Source: Bacteriovoracaceae bacterium
GTDB taxonomy: Bacteria; Bdellovibrionota; Bacteriovoracia; Bacteriovoracales; Bacteriovoracaceae
Reading direction: 5' to 3'
Length of the DNA: 64,000 bases
NCBI GenBank assembly: GCA_018649885.1
Contig: JABIHA010000085.1
Span: forward strand, 36,744 to 100,743
Made by a program: the position numbers and the translations under genes. Shown here in pieces: positions 29,872 through 40,107 of this stretch (its first letter is position 1; every line of letters begins with the position of its first letter). The notes beneath the pieces were generated by a model. The model had not been told where the DNA came from. It searched no databases and saw only the letters and a list, made by a program, of their open reading frames with translations.

Positions 29872-31457
29872 AAAATAAAATTAATTCCAGCTGAGAGAGT
29901 TGTTTTATTACTGGATAGATTTCTTGTTTCCCCAGTTTTAACTCGATTTTGGTGAAACTGAAACTTTAGGGAAAACCCTCTGACTAAATTTTGTAGTGAG
30001 ACGTGACTGACAAGACCCCAGTTGAGAGTTGATCTATTCTCTATTTGACGACTTGAGTTTCTTCTCAGGTAATCGAATGTAGGAACAAAACGAATCCAGT
30101 CTGTCAGGTGAATTGTATTACTAATTGAGTAGCTATAAAGAGATCCATCAGAAAATACCCCTCCACCATTATATGTCCCAAAACCAATATGAAAGGCAGG
30201 TGAAAAGTACTCGTTATCCCCAAAGAGGTGTGCCAGGAGTTGATACTGCATCTTTGATTCGTTGACATTAAATTGTTGGGTGTACTGTTTTTGCACATAG
30301 GGAATAAAGAAACCAAGCTTTCCCCAACCATAAATATGTTGAAGGCCTCCGTGGAGGGCAAGCTCTCTTTGGTTTTTTTTATAAAAACCTGCTTCATATA
30401 CTGAGCCTGAAATTAGTTTGTATCCCCCACCTATTCTAAAAGATGTCCACTCAGTGAACTTCACATTGGAGTTGACCGCAGCTTCTATGGTTCTGCGATC
30501 AAACTCAGTGAGCAAGTTCTCTGAATATTTTAATTCATCATAATTCAAGGCAAACCTGAGAGCGATATCATCTGTTTGGTCTGTCATGTACATGACACCA
30601 AAGCCGTACTTTGCAGCATTTGAATCTGTAATTTTATATCTTTTTTGAAGAGTAGAATCTGTTCTGAAGTTGTCAGTTTCTACTCTATTTAGAGAATGAA
30701 CATTATCAATTGATTGGATGTCGTAGAATACATCAAAGCCAAGATAGCTCTTTTCAATTGATTTTAAATAATTTGTTGCTAGAAACCTCAAAGAGTCATT
30801 TGATTTTTCATCATATTTTAATTCTCTGTAATAGTATTGAGCAATCTCAGGGTGACCCCTTGAAGCAAAAGAATCTCCTAGCATTAGTTTTAAATTCTTC
30901 TCTCTCTGAGTTCCTTTTGTGCCATCCAGTTGGGCCAAATCTAGCGCATTTTGAAAGCGATCAGTCGTTTTTACCTTCTCGCCTTTAACTTGAGCAATCA
31001 ATCCTTCATAATAATGAACAGTGGAGAGTTCATAAGAAAAATCGCGGCAAATCTCAAAGTATTTGTGGCTGAGCTCGATTAAATTGTTTTTAAATTCTTT
31101 CGTCGGCAGGTTTTCTTTTTGATAGTACTCAAAATAGGTGATGCCTATATTGAGAAGGTGTCGTAGATTTCTTCTTGTTGGGAGGTCATCATTTTCTACT
31201 GAATTTAAGACCTTGAGTCCAACAGCTTCAATATCACTTTCTTTTAATAACTCTCTACCAAGTGGGAAATCTCTTTTAACTAAAAAGTAATAAATTCTTA
31301 AGGCCTTGAGGTAATGTTCTCTTTTTCTGTGAACTTTTGCCAGTAGGTCTAATGATTCTGTATCACTTGGGTTCACTTCAAGAATTGTATTTAATTGATC
31401 AAGGGATTTTTGGTACTGTTCGGACTCATAATACATTTTCGCCTTGGTGAAATACAT
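29868..31457 (-). CDS. Outer-membrane beta-barrel protein with N-terminal TPR-like repeats (N-terminus mis-called)
   Basis: TPR-like N-terminal half. The C-terminal half has alternating hydrophobic residues and ends in ...AGINFIF, a terminal Phe typical of OMP barrels. The true start is probably upstream of the ATG. Confidence 0.6.
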   Translation of the reverse strand: MYFTKAKMYYESEQYQKSLDQLNTILEVNPSDTESLDLLAKVHRKREHYLKALRIYYFLVKRDFPLGRELLKESDIEAVGLKVLNSVENDDLPTRRNLRHLLNIGITYFEYYQKENLPTKEFKNNLIELSHKYFEICRDFSYELSTVHYYEGLIAQVKGEKVKTTDRFQNALDLAQLDGTKGTQREKNLKLMLGDSFASRGHPEIAQYYYRELKYDEKSNDSLRFLATNYLKSIEKSYLGFDVFYDIQSIDNVHSLNRVETDNFRTDSTLQKRYKITDSNAAKYGFGVMYMTDQTDDIALRFALNYDELKYSENLLTEFDRRTIEAAVNSNVKFTEWTSFRIGGGYKLISGSVYEAGFYKKNQRELALHGGLQHIYGWGKLGFFIPYVQKQYTQQFNVNESKMQYQLLAHLFGDNEYFSPAFHIGFGTYNGGGVFSDGSLYSYSISNTIHLTDWIRFVPTFDYLRRNSSRQIENRSTLNWGLVSHVSLQNLVRGFSLKFQFHQNRVKTGETRNLSSNKTTLSAGINFIF

Positions 31458-31624
31458 ATCAAGGTGAGACTCATCTTTTACAATTTTTTTGATTAGAGGG
31501 CGTTCCTCGTCCCAGCGGTATTCATCAACTCGTATAACCTGTTCATCGGCAAATGTGAGGTATGGCAGAAGTAGAAGAAATATGAGCAGGGAGATCCTCC
31601 TTGATCTGTTGCTATTTTTTAAAC

Positions 31625-32377
31625 TTACTTGTTGATGAATTTATCTATCTTACCCAAAAAATCAACTGGCAAAGGGAAGAACGTGGTAGTCGAAGTCCCG
31701 GTACTGGCAATCTCTTTCATGGTGTCAAGATACCTTAGTATTATAGCATCTTTTTCAGTACTAAGACTTTTGGCTGCTTCTGCCAGAAGAACGGCGGCAT
31801 CTTTTTCCCCTGCCGCTGAGATAATTTTCGCTCGCCTTTCCCTTTCCGCTTCGGCCTGTTTTGCCATGGCCCTTTGCATTTCAATTGGAAGGTCAATTGC
31901 CTTGAGTTCAACATTGGTTACTTTTACTCCCCAAGGCTCAGTTTGCTCGTCTAGAATTTTTTGAAGCTGAACATTGATCTCATCTCTTTTAGATAGAATT
32001 CCATCGAGTTCGAATTGGCCAATGACAGATCTCAATGTGGTTTGAGCAATTTGCTCGGTTGCCACTAGATAGTTTTCAACGCCTATAATGGCAAGCTCTG
32101 GGTTGGAAACTTTAAAGTAGAGAACGCCGTTAACTTTTAAAGTGACATTGTCTCTGGTGATAATATCTTGTGAAGGAATATCCATTGTTAAAGTTCTCAG
32201 GTCGAGTCTCACGGCTTTTTCAAGAAAAGGGATAAGTAGTATTAATCCCGGACCTCTTACATCTACAAAACGACCAAGTCGGAATACGACAACTCTTTCG
32301 TACTCTTTTATGATTTTAACGGCGCTAAATAAAATGGCAGCCCCAATGATGACAAAAGGGAGAAAAGTGGTAAACAT
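31625..32377 (-). CDS. SPFH/band-7 (stomatin/prohibitin-like) membrane protein
   Basis: N-terminal TM helix followed by [31 protein letters not shown], then an A/E/R-rich coiled coil ([19 protein letters not shown]). Confidence 0.85.
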   Translation of the reverse strand: MFTTFLPFVIIGAAILFSAVKIIKEYERVVVFRLGRFVDVRGPGLILLIPFLEKAVRLDLRTLTMDIPSQDIITRDNVTLKVNGVLYFKVSNPELAIIGVENYLVATEQIAQTTLRSVIGQFELDGILSKRDEINVQLQKILDEQTEPWGVKVTNVELKAIDLPIEMQRAMAKQAEAERERRAKIISAAGEKDAAVLLAEAAKSLSTEKDAIILRYLDTMKEIASTGTSTTTFFPLPVDFLGKIDKFINK

Positions 32378-32454
32378 GTCTAGCTCCTAGATTGATTTAA
32401 TTAAGATAGGCATACTATAAGAATTCCCACCAATTTGAAGTACAAGCCGCGGCA

Positions 32455-33777
32455 TTATACCTGGATTTCTTTCCATTTTGCCCCCTTCCAGAAGGAAGTG
32501 AATATGATGGATTGCAATATTCGATAGGTGCCCTGAATCAGCCATACGCCTAAAAGGCCATAACCCAAAACTGGTCCAACTAGGTAGGCCAAAGGTAGAT
32601 AGAATATCCACTGAAAGAAAATGGATACATACATAACCCTTTTAGTGTCTCCAACCCCTAAAAGAGCATTCATTAAAATGAGTCCCACTGAATCAAGTGG
32701 AAGAAGAAGGCCTGTAAGTCTCATGGGAAGTGTGGCCACTTCCAGTGTTTTTGGATCGTGAATGAAAACTGAGAGCAGCAGTTTGGGAAAGAAAATCATG
32801 GGAATGGCCAGCACGGTAATTCCTAGAACTCCAACTTTGCAAACATCCATCCCCCACCTAAGGGCATCGTCGGGGTCTTTTCTCCCCAGCGCTTGACCTG
32901 AAAGTGTGGCAGCTGCAAGGCCAAGGGCCAGGCCTGGCAAAATTGCTACAAGCATAATATTTATAAGAACATTGGCCGCAGCAACTTCGAGGGTCCCAAT
33001 TTTACCGACTACCCAATACATGGCCACCCAACCAGCAGAGAAAAATAATTGTTGCATACAATTGGGGATGGCAAGCTTTAGAAGTGCTTTGAAATGTTTT
33101 GTCTTGGGGACCGATTTTAAAAATCCCATATGTGAGCTTTTTCTTTTTGCTTGATAAAAATAAATGAAAGTACCAATGATTGTAGAAATGGCAGTTGCTG
33201 TGGCAGCTCCCTCAACACCCATTTGAGGGAATCCAAATTTTCCAAAAATAAGGAGATAATTTAAAATAATATTAGATGCGTGCATTACAATTAAAGTGTT
33301 CATATACACTTTAGACATATCTACAGCATTCCAAAAGCCTCTAAAGGCAAAATTACATCCCACAAATACCGTGGAGAGAAGCCGAATTTGTAAGTAGGGC
33401 ACACCCTTTTCTATCACTCGTGGGTCTGAATTAAGATAGGGGAAAAGGTAGGGGGTAGTAAAGATATAGATAGTAGTTAGGATAATCGCTGTGATAACAA
33501 CTAAAATGAGTGCTGAATTGAGGGGATGAGCGGCTTCGGATATTTTTCCCTCACCTTTTCTTCTTGCGGCCATCGCTTGAACCGCAGGAGAAATTCCTAA
33601 AATAAGACTTTGTCCCATCCAGTTGCAAAAGCCACCAATTCCAACAGCAGCCAGTGCAAAGTTACCAAGTCTTCCCACCATCGCCGTGTCTACAAGGTTG
33701 AGAACATTTTGAGAAACCATTCCCCCAATAATAGGGAGTGCCAGTGTGGTAATTCTATTAAACCTAACTTTATCCAT
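32455..33777 (-). CDS. MATE-family multidrug efflux transporter
   Basis: 12 predicted TM helices. MDKVRFNRITTLALPIIGGMVSQNVLNLVDTAMVGRLG is a typical MATE N-terminus. Start taken at the ATG; a GTG at 33804 is an alternative. Confidence 0.85.
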   Translation of the reverse strand: MDKVRFNRITTLALPIIGGMVSQNVLNLVDTAMVGRLGNFALAAVGIGGFCNWMGQSLILGISPAVQAMAARRKGEGKISEAAHPLNSALILVVITAIILTTIYIFTTPYLFPYLNSDPRVIEKGVPYLQIRLLSTVFVGCNFAFRGFWNAVDMSKVYMNTLIVMHASNIILNYLLIFGKFGFPQMGVEGAATATAISTIIGTFIYFYQAKRKSSHMGFLKSVPKTKHFKALLKLAIPNCMQQLFFSAGWVAMYWVVGKIGTLEVAAANVLINIMLVAILPGLALGLAAATLSGQALGRKDPDDALRWGMDVCKVGVLGITVLAIPMIFFPKLLLSVFIHDPKTLEVATLPMRLTGLLLPLDSVGLILMNALLGVGDTKRVMYVSIFFQWIFYLPLAYLVGPVLGYGLLGVWLIQGTYRILQSIIFTSFWKGAKWKEIQV

Positions 33778-33884
33778 TGGCAAAGTATGGCAAAAAAAAA
33801 GCACTGTTTCCAGTGCCCTTTTAATATTAAAATGTATTAAATAACTATGTATAGACTGGCCCGCTAGGCTAGCTCTCTCTATTT

Positions 33885-34490
33885 TTATTCAACTTCAATA
33901 AAACATTTAATTTTACTTAATGACTTGCCATAAGAAAAACTAAGATCTTTATCTTTCTTGCCGTCAGCACCGATAACTTTGTACTTAAATTCAAAGCTTT
34001 CCTTATTCTTATCCCACTCTTTGGTTACTTGATTAGTATCAGCATCAATTACTGAATCGTATTCACCTTCTAGAGAAGTAGTGAATGTTGTCTGAGCCAC
34101 GGTTGTTGGGTTTTTGCAATGTAGTTGAAAATTTGCTAGATCAATAGGTCCACTTTTTGTTTCATCATTTGTAAAGCAGTCTAGGGTTCCCTTTCTGCTA
34201 GGGGTAGTGGTAGATCCTACATACTGAAGGTTTTTGACAGTATCAATATCATCACTTGCTTTTTCATCTTTTTGCCATCCAAAAAGATTTAGCTTGCCTT
34301 TACTTGTAGCAGGTTTTTCTAATTTAAATCTGATAGTTTCTTTTGTCTCTTCATTTTCATCTTTGTCTTTACCATCCTCGATTTCTTTTACACTATAAAC
34401 TCTACTACATTCAAGAGATACAACTCTTGATGCGTCTGCAATACTTATTGTTAGGATTAGCACCGGTAGTATGGCAAAAATTGTTTTCAT
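33885..34490 (-). CDS. Secreted hypothetical protein
   Basis: Signal peptide MKTIFAILPVLILTISIADA. Acidic, K/E/D-rich. Confidence 0.5.
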   Translation of the reverse strand: MKTIFAILPVLILTISIADASRVVSLECSRVYSVKEIEDGKDKDENEETKETIRFKLEKPATSKGKLNLFGWQKDEKASDDIDTVKNLQYVGSTTTPSRKGTLDCFTNDETKSGPIDLANFQLHCKNPTTVAQTTFTTSLEGEYDSVIDADTNQVTKEWDKNKESFEFKYKVIGADGKKDKDLSFSYGKSLSKIKCFIEVE

Positions 34491-34607
34491 GAATTCTCCT
34501 TCACTGTTTCTCTTAGTGATTTTGTATAACGTGATTTAGAGGGAACTTACCCCTTAGTAACGCTTCGCGCAAATGAAAGGCTGCAATTATGTAATCCTTT
34601 CAAGGGC

Positions 34608-34635
34608 GTGTTCCAAAAGTTAGCTTTTGGAACAC
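34608..34635. promoter_or_regulatory. Perfect 12-4-12 palindrome GTGTTCCAAAAG-ttag-CTTTTGGAACAC in a divergent intergenic region
   Basis: The second arm is the exact reverse complement of the first. It lies about 85 nt upstream of the sigma-54 regulator start and 118 nt upstream of the divergent 33885..34490 gene. Confidence 0.45.
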
Positions 34636-34718
34636 CTACTCCTTGTGCGCTTGTCAAGGCCACTTAGAATGAGGGATTGTTTGGCTTTCAAACAGACCGT
34701 TTCAATAGGGGAATCAGT

Positions 34719-36068
34719 ATGGCTAAAAGCAAATCATATTCAATACTTATGGCCGAAGATGACCCTCTTTTTGCCCTTGCAATTAAGGCGCATTTGGAAA
34801 AATTTGGCACTGTTGAGCACGCTTCTACTAAGGAAGAGGCCTTTAGATTACTTTCTATTAAAAAATACGATCTAGTGTTTGCCGACCTTTATTACGGCGA
34901 TAGTCCCGACGGTCTTAGCATTATCCAGATGGCCCAGAGGCTGGGAAATTACTCGGTGGTTCTTAGTGGAACCGATGATGATGAGCTAACAGAAAAGGCA
35001 TACCTTAACGGTTGCCGTGATTACATCCCAAAACTTCATTTTAAAGATAATATCGATCGAGTCTTTGAGAAGTACATCAATCAAAACAAGGCAGCTAGCT
35101 CTAATGTCCTTATAAAGAATAGTTATATTACTCAAGATGATGAGACTCTTGAAGAGCTTGAATCTCTAAAATTTCTTGGACGGGCCAGTAAATCAATTTT
35201 TATCTCAGGGCCTACTGGTACGGGCAAGGGTGTTATTGCCAAGTTGATCCACGAGTTATGTGGTGGAGTTGATGACAATTTTATAAGTGTGAATTGTTCG
35301 GCCTTTAATTCTCAGCTTTTGGAATCAGAGTTATTTGGACACGAGAAGGGAGCCTTTACTGGAGCTAGCTCAAAAAAACTTGGAAAGCTTGAGCTTGCTG
35401 ATGGGGGCACACTTTTTTTAGATGAGGTGGCCACTATGCCTAAAGAGCTTCAAGTTAAGCTTTTGAAGGCGGTTGAAGAGAGGTCTTTTTATCGGGTTGG
35501 AGGAGAGAAAAAAGTTGTCTCTGGATTTCGTGTAATTAGTGCCTCTTGGGAAAATATATTTGATCTACTCCGGTCTGGAGAGTTTCGATCGGATCTATAC
35601 TTTAGATTGAGCGGATACAATATTGCCCTGAAGGCGCTGCGAGATCGCTGTGGTGATATTCCTCTTCTAATGTCTCATTTTATGGATTGTGAAGGGCGAA
35701 AAATTGTAGTGAGAAAAGAGGCAATGGAGCTTTTGAAGAATTATCCATGGCCTGGGAATATTAGAGAGCTTAAAAAGCTATCTCAAGTACTGATTCATGG
35801 AAAAGGTGGGATTATTTCAGCGAGTGATCTTCCTCAATATATACAGCAGGGGAAAAATCCATTTGAAGTAGAAGAAGAAAAAATTCTTGGAAAAGTACAA
35901 TTTGAATATATTAAAAAACATGGTTTAAAGAAATATGTAAGAGAGCTAGAGAAAATTGTTGTTGATAAAGTTTTCCAAGAGAATGAAAAAAAAGTGAGAC
36001 CAACACTTAAAAACTTAAAAATTTCTAGTACTACCTTTTATCGAATAGTTAATTCTCTTGAAATCTGA
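34719..36068 (+). CDS. Sigma-54-dependent response regulator (NtrC family)
   Basis: Receiver domain (ILMAEDDPLF...YDLVFADL). AAA+ sigma-54 interaction domain (ISGPTGTGKGVIAKLIHE, ESELFGHEKGAFTGA). C-terminal HTH. Start at MAKSKS with an AGGGGA RBS. Confidence 0.85.
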   Translation: MAKSKSYSILMAEDDPLFALAIKAHLEKFGTVEHASTKEEAFRLLSIKKYDLVFADLYYGDSPDGLSIIQMAQRLGNYSVVLSGTDDDELTEKAYLNGCRDYIPKLHFKDNIDRVFEKYINQNKAASSNVLIKNSYITQDDETLEELESLKFLGRASKSIFISGPTGTGKGVIAKLIHELCGGVDDNFISVNCSAFNSQLLESELFGHEKGAFTGASSKKLGKLELADGGTLFLDEVATMPKELQVKLLKAVEERSFYRVGGEKKVVSGFRVISASWENIFDLLRSGEFRSDLYFRLSGYNIALKALRDRCGDIPLLMSHFMDCEGRKIVVRKEAMELLKNYPWPGNIRELKKLSQVLIHGKGGIISASDLPQYIQQGKNPFEVEEEKILGKVQFEYIKKHGLKKYVRELEKIVVDKVFQENEKKVRPTLKNLKISSTTFYRIVNSLEI

Positions 36069-36082
36069 AGCGTCAACAGCCC

Positions 36083-37165
36083 CTAGCTCGCTACACAATG
36101 GAGTGTGAAGAAATTTGTGATTTTTTCTCTTTGCTCTGCAGTTGCTATAAACAGCAGCACCCCACCTGGATTTAAGACTGTACTTGGCGATGGGTTGTAA
36201 GTAAATTTTCCGTCTCCATCTGAATAGGCAATGATATTGACTCCAGTCCTACTGAAGACGTGGGCCTCTTTTATGGACTTTCCGACATAATGGCCAATTG
36301 CTGGTAGGACAACCTCTTCGACTCGAATTGATTTATCTATTCCTCTTAGCATTTTATCCAGAAAAGAGACTACGTTAGGTCTCAAAATTTCAGAGGCAAT
36401 TCGCATGCCTCCAATAAAGTTGGGACTAACCACATATTTTGCTCCAGCATTTTTCAATTTTCCAACCATTGATAAATCTATAGCTCTAGCTACAACAGTA
36501 ATTTTGGGATTTAATAATTTCGAAGAAACAGTTAAGAAAAGATTATCTTTGTCACTGGATAAAGTAGCAATTAATCCCTTAGCATTCTTAATATTTGCTT
36601 GCTCAAGTACCTCATCACTTGTGACATCGCCTATAATGACGGGGACACTCGGAAACTCTGCTAAGATTTGATCTCTGATAGCAGTGCTTGTATCAACTAC
36701 TACAAATGGAAAATTTGTTTGATACATTTCTCTGACTACGTGGAATCCGGTCATACCAGCTCCACAAATTATAAAGTGATCTTTCATCTTTTTCACCTTC
36801 CTCCTCATGGAGTTTATTATAAATGCATCTCGAAGGGTACCTTCGATAAAATAAGCAGTGATTAATGAAACAGAGTAGAGAACTATCCCCATTCCCATTA
36901 ACATCACAAACATTGTATAAAATATTGCTACCGTATTATTTTCGACACCCAGGACATCACCATAACCAACAGTTGAAAGCGTTATGCCTGTCATGAATAT
37001 TAATTTTTCTATGGGAACATCTGGGTAGAGTATCTTATATCCTAAGGTACCAAGACCTAGGGCCAAAAAAATGAGAATCAATGGGAGTTTGAGCTTGCCC
37101 CAAACCTTTTTCAAGTCGAACATCAGACAGTTCCTTCTAGGTTCTCTATCGAGAAAATAGACCAA
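36083..37165 (-). CDS. Potassium channel with a cytoplasmic RCK (TrkA-N) domain
   Basis: TVGYGD selectivity filter between two TM segments. HFIICGAGMTGFHVVREM is the Rossmann motif of an RCK domain. The start may be the internal MFDLKK at about 37123. Confidence 0.8.
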   Translation of the reverse strand: MVYFLDREPRRNCLMFDLKKVWGKLKLPLILIFLALGLGTLGYKILYPDVPIEKLIFMTGITLSTVGYGDVLGVENNTVAIFYTMFVMLMGMGIVLYSVSLITAYFIEGTLRDAFIINSMRRKVKKMKDHFIICGAGMTGFHVVREMYQTNFPFVVVDTSTAIRDQILAEFPSVPVIIGDVTSDEVLEQANIKNAKGLIATLSSDKDNLFLTVSSKLLNPKITVVARAIDLSMVGKLKNAGAKYVVSPNFIGGMRIASEILRPNVVSFLDKMLRGIDKSIRVEEVVLPAIGHYVGKSIKEAHVFSRTGVNIIAYSDGDGKFTYNPSPSTVLNPGGVLLFIATAEQREKITNFFTLHCVAS

Positions 37166-37362
37166 AGTCTTTAAAAGCCGACTGGCTTTATCGGTTAAAA
37201 GAAAATTAACTTCTTGTTCTTAAATTTGAGATGTTTGTTAAAAACCGAACATTTTAATCAAAAACTAAGGCAAATTGCTCTGTCTGGGTGCTCGATTTAT
37301 TGCAAATGAAGGGATTTCTTGTGAAGATTATTTTATTAAATTTTAGTCCTAGGCAATAGCCC

Positions 37363-38766
37363 CTAAGCTTGCTCAACTGTGAGCATCAACTTTTGCATGT
37401 CCTCACCAACGATTTTGACAGTGTCTCCTGCGGATAATCCATCAGGCCCCTGTGCTTTCCAAATTGAACCTTTTACTTTTACTTGCAATATTGTGTGGCC
37501 GCCATGGTCTTCTTTATCCATCACTTCGGCTTCATCACCTATAAGAGAATAGGTATCTTTTTTATTCTTATTTTTTTTGAAGTCTCGCACTAAGAGGTAA
37601 CCAACAGAAACGAGGAATAATAAGATTGCACTGACGGCAGAAATAATTAAAGAAATACTTATTTCTGCTTGCCCCTCACTGGATCTAAATAAAAATAGAG
37701 ATCCTGAGACTAAAGCGGCAACTCCCGCCAAAGAGAGCAGGCCATAGCTTGTAATATAGGCCTCTAAAATAAATAGCACAAAGGAGAGAACCATTAGTCC
37801 AAGGGCCCCAAAGTTTAAGGGCAGTACTTGAAATCCAATGCCTGCAAAAATAATAAGAACCGCACCAATACCACCGGCCACAAATCCACCAGGTGCTTGA
37901 AGTTCAAAATATAATAGTGCTATACCTGCCAGAAATAATAGGTAAGCAAGGTTTGGATTTGCAAGGATATCGAGTAGCTTTTGACCCATATCCATTTCAA
38001 GTTCAGTAACCTGGTAGGCTCCAGTAATCACTAAATTCAAATTTTTACCTTTAACCGATATTTTTTGATTTTTAATTTTCTCTAAAAGCTCGGTGAAATT
38101 ATTGCAGATCCCATTGACGATATTTTTTTCAAGGGCCTCTTTTGCTTTATAAGACTTTGCTGTTTTTACCATTTCTCCAAAGGCCTGTGCATTTCTCCCC
38201 CTGGCTTCAGATAGACTCTCCGTAAGGGCAACAAGATCATTAATGGCCTTGGCCCTAAGATCTCCACTCGTTTTTTTAGCTGGAATGGTCAGTTCTTTTT
38301 TTCCACCTTTTTTACCTTTTACTTCCTTGGGTGCCTTTCCGGGTATATCACCACTCATTTGGATTGGAGTGGCAGCTCCTATATTAGTTCCATCACTCAT
38401 AAAAAGGAGGTGTGCTCCACTTGAGATAAGAGCGCCCGCACTTGTAGCAGAAGCTCCTTCTGGAGTAATCCAAATTACAACAGGTACACTGGAATTTCCT
38501 ATTTCAGTGAGAATATCTTTTGTGGTATGAACAAGACCTCCTGGTGTATTCATTTTTATGACGATCAGATGATAGTTTTCGGCATCTGCCTTTTTAAATC
38601 CTTCTTTTATATAATTTAAAGTTGCTGGATTAATTGATGAATCTATTTTTAGTGTTAGAATTGAAGAAATATTATGGGTTTTGAGTCCCGCATCATCTGC
38701 AAAAAGTGATGTTTGATAGAAGCTAATAGCTGTGATGAAAGTGACGAGAGCAATTAATCTTTTCAT
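37363..38766 (-). CDS. NfeD-like membrane-bound ClpP-class serine protease
   Basis: Signal peptide, then a ClpP/crotonase-like domain (NTPGGLVHTTKDIL...SATSAGALISSGAHLLFMSDGTNIGAA), multiple TM helices and a C-terminal OB-fold segment. Confidence 0.8.
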   Translation of the reverse strand: MKRLIALVTFITAISFYQTSLFADDAGLKTHNISSILTLKIDSSINPATLNYIKEGFKKADAENYHLIVIKMNTPGGLVHTTKDILTEIGNSSVPVVIWITPEGASATSAGALISSGAHLLFMSDGTNIGAATPIQMSGDIPGKAPKEVKGKKGGKKELTIPAKKTSGDLRAKAINDLVALTESLSEARGRNAQAFGEMVKTAKSYKAKEALEKNIVNGICNNFTELLEKIKNQKISVKGKNLNLVITGAYQVTELEMDMGQKLLDILANPNLAYLLFLAGIALLYFELQAPGGFVAGGIGAVLIIFAGIGFQVLPLNFGALGLMVLSFVLFILEAYITSYGLLSLAGVAALVSGSLFLFRSSEGQAEISISLIISAVSAILLFLVSVGYLLVRDFKKNKNKKDTYSLIGDEAEVMDKEDHGGHTILQVKVKGSIWKAQGPDGLSAGDTVKIVGEDMQKLMLTVEQA

Positions 38767-38820
38767 TGAAACCTCTACTTATTTAGGACGTTTAAATTAA
38801 GATAGTCATTAAGGTGTTAT

Positions 38821-40107
38821 GTGTCAAAATTTTTAGTTAAAGCTCGAATTCTCAACCCTATTTCAGATAGAAAATGCTGTGTCTATGATGATGGTGCCAT
38901 GGTATTCAGTGAAAAAAAAGGTGAGATTTACTATTGTGGGAAATTTAAAGAGTTACCTAAAAAGTACCATTCACTCACTTGTATAGATTATAGTGATCGT
39001 GTAATCGTACCAGCACTATATGACCTTCACTTTCACTGGGTTCAAGATGATGTGAGGTTAATGCCCAAGGCTTCACTTCTGAGCTGGCTGTCGCAATATA
39101 CATGGCCTCATGAGGCCAAATTTAAGAACAAAAAATTCTCCCGGATGAAGGCCCAGAAATTTTTTAAAAGGCTTGCTGGCGTTGGAACAATAGGGGGAGC
39201 TGTTTTTAGCTCACTTCATGAGCACAGCCTTGAGCACGCAATAGAATTTGCATGTGGTGACTATGTTGTGGGAAATGTTTTAATGACTATGAATTCTCCA
39301 AAAGAGCTAACGCAAACCCAGAAAAATGCCAAAACCCTTATTGATAAATTTAGTAAAAAATATCAAAGCAGTTACGCTCTGACACCCAGGTTTGCACCTA
39401 CTACCCATCCTGAAATAATGGCCTACGGTGCAAAGGTGGCAAAAAAAAACAAGTGCTTTATTCAATCTCACCTATGCGAAACTCAAAATGAAATTGAATA
39501 TGTACTGGGTCTCTATAGAAAAATTCCTGGCTTTGAAAAAGTGAAAAGTTATGTGGAGGTTTATGAAAAGTGCCAAATACTTGGGAAAAAAACTTTAATG
39601 GGCCACGGTATTTATCTATCAAAAGATGAAAGAAAAATTCTTTCCAAAACTAAAACTAAGATCATTCACTGTCCTACGTCAAATGCACCTGTTAAAGAGA
39701 GGGGACTTGGTTCGGGACTTTTTAATTTTAAAAGTTGTGAAAGAGATGGGATCGATTGGGCCCTCGGTTCTGACATAGGAGGAGGACCATTCTTGTCAAT
39801 GTTTGACGTCATGAGAAGTTTTGTGATGCAAAATGAGAAGGCGGAAATATCTGGAGCTACTTATACCAAAGCTCTTTACCGGACAACTTTAAAAAGTGCA
39901 GAAATATTGGAGATTTCGAGGACATCAGGAAATTTTGCTGCCAAAAAATTTGCCAATTTCTTAGTACTGAAGGCCCCAAAGTCTATTGGGGGTACTGGTC
40001 ATAGCGCTGAAAAAATACTCAGTGCCATAATTAAAAAATGTGCCAAGAAAAGATCAGCTTATGACAGCTTAGTAGAGCACACTTACTACCGCGGAAATAA
40101 ACTATAA
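38821..40107 (+). CDS. Amidohydrolase-superfamily protein (guanine deaminase / chlorohydrolase-like)
   Basis: YDLHFHWVQ is the HxH metal-binding motif of the amidohydrolase fold. HLCE and GSDIGGG segments follow. Confidence 0.6.
   Translation: MSKFLVKARILNPISDRKCCVYDDGAMVFSEKKGEIYYCGKFKELPKKYHSLTCIDYSDRVIVPALYDLHFHWVQDDVRLMPKASLLSWLSQYTWPHEAKFKNKKFSRMKAQKFFKRLAGVGTIGGAVFSSLHEHSLEHAIEFACGDYVVGNVLMTMNSPKELTQTQKNAKTLIDKFSKKYQSSYALTPRFAPTTHPEIMAYGAKVAKKNKCFIQSHLCETQNEIEYVLGLYRKIPGFEKVKSYVEVYEKCQILGKKTLMGHGIYLSKDERKILSKTKTKIIHCPTSNAPVKERGLGSGLFNFKSCERDGIDWALGSDIGGGPFLSMFDVMRSFVMQNEKAEISGATYTKALYRTTLKSAEILEISRTSGNFAAKKFANFLVLKAPKSIGGTGHSAEKILSAIIKKCAKKRSAYDSLVEHTYYRGNKL

Noticed and set aside
32387-32611. 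74-aa ORF between the SPFH and MATE genes, and similar 60-110 aa ORFs nested in larger genes (259..519, 816..1199, 2914..3108, 8243..8482, 10529..10841 and others).
   Set aside because: They are fully overlapped by longer, motif-supported CDSs on the same or opposite strand. They have no RBS and no recognisable sequence features.
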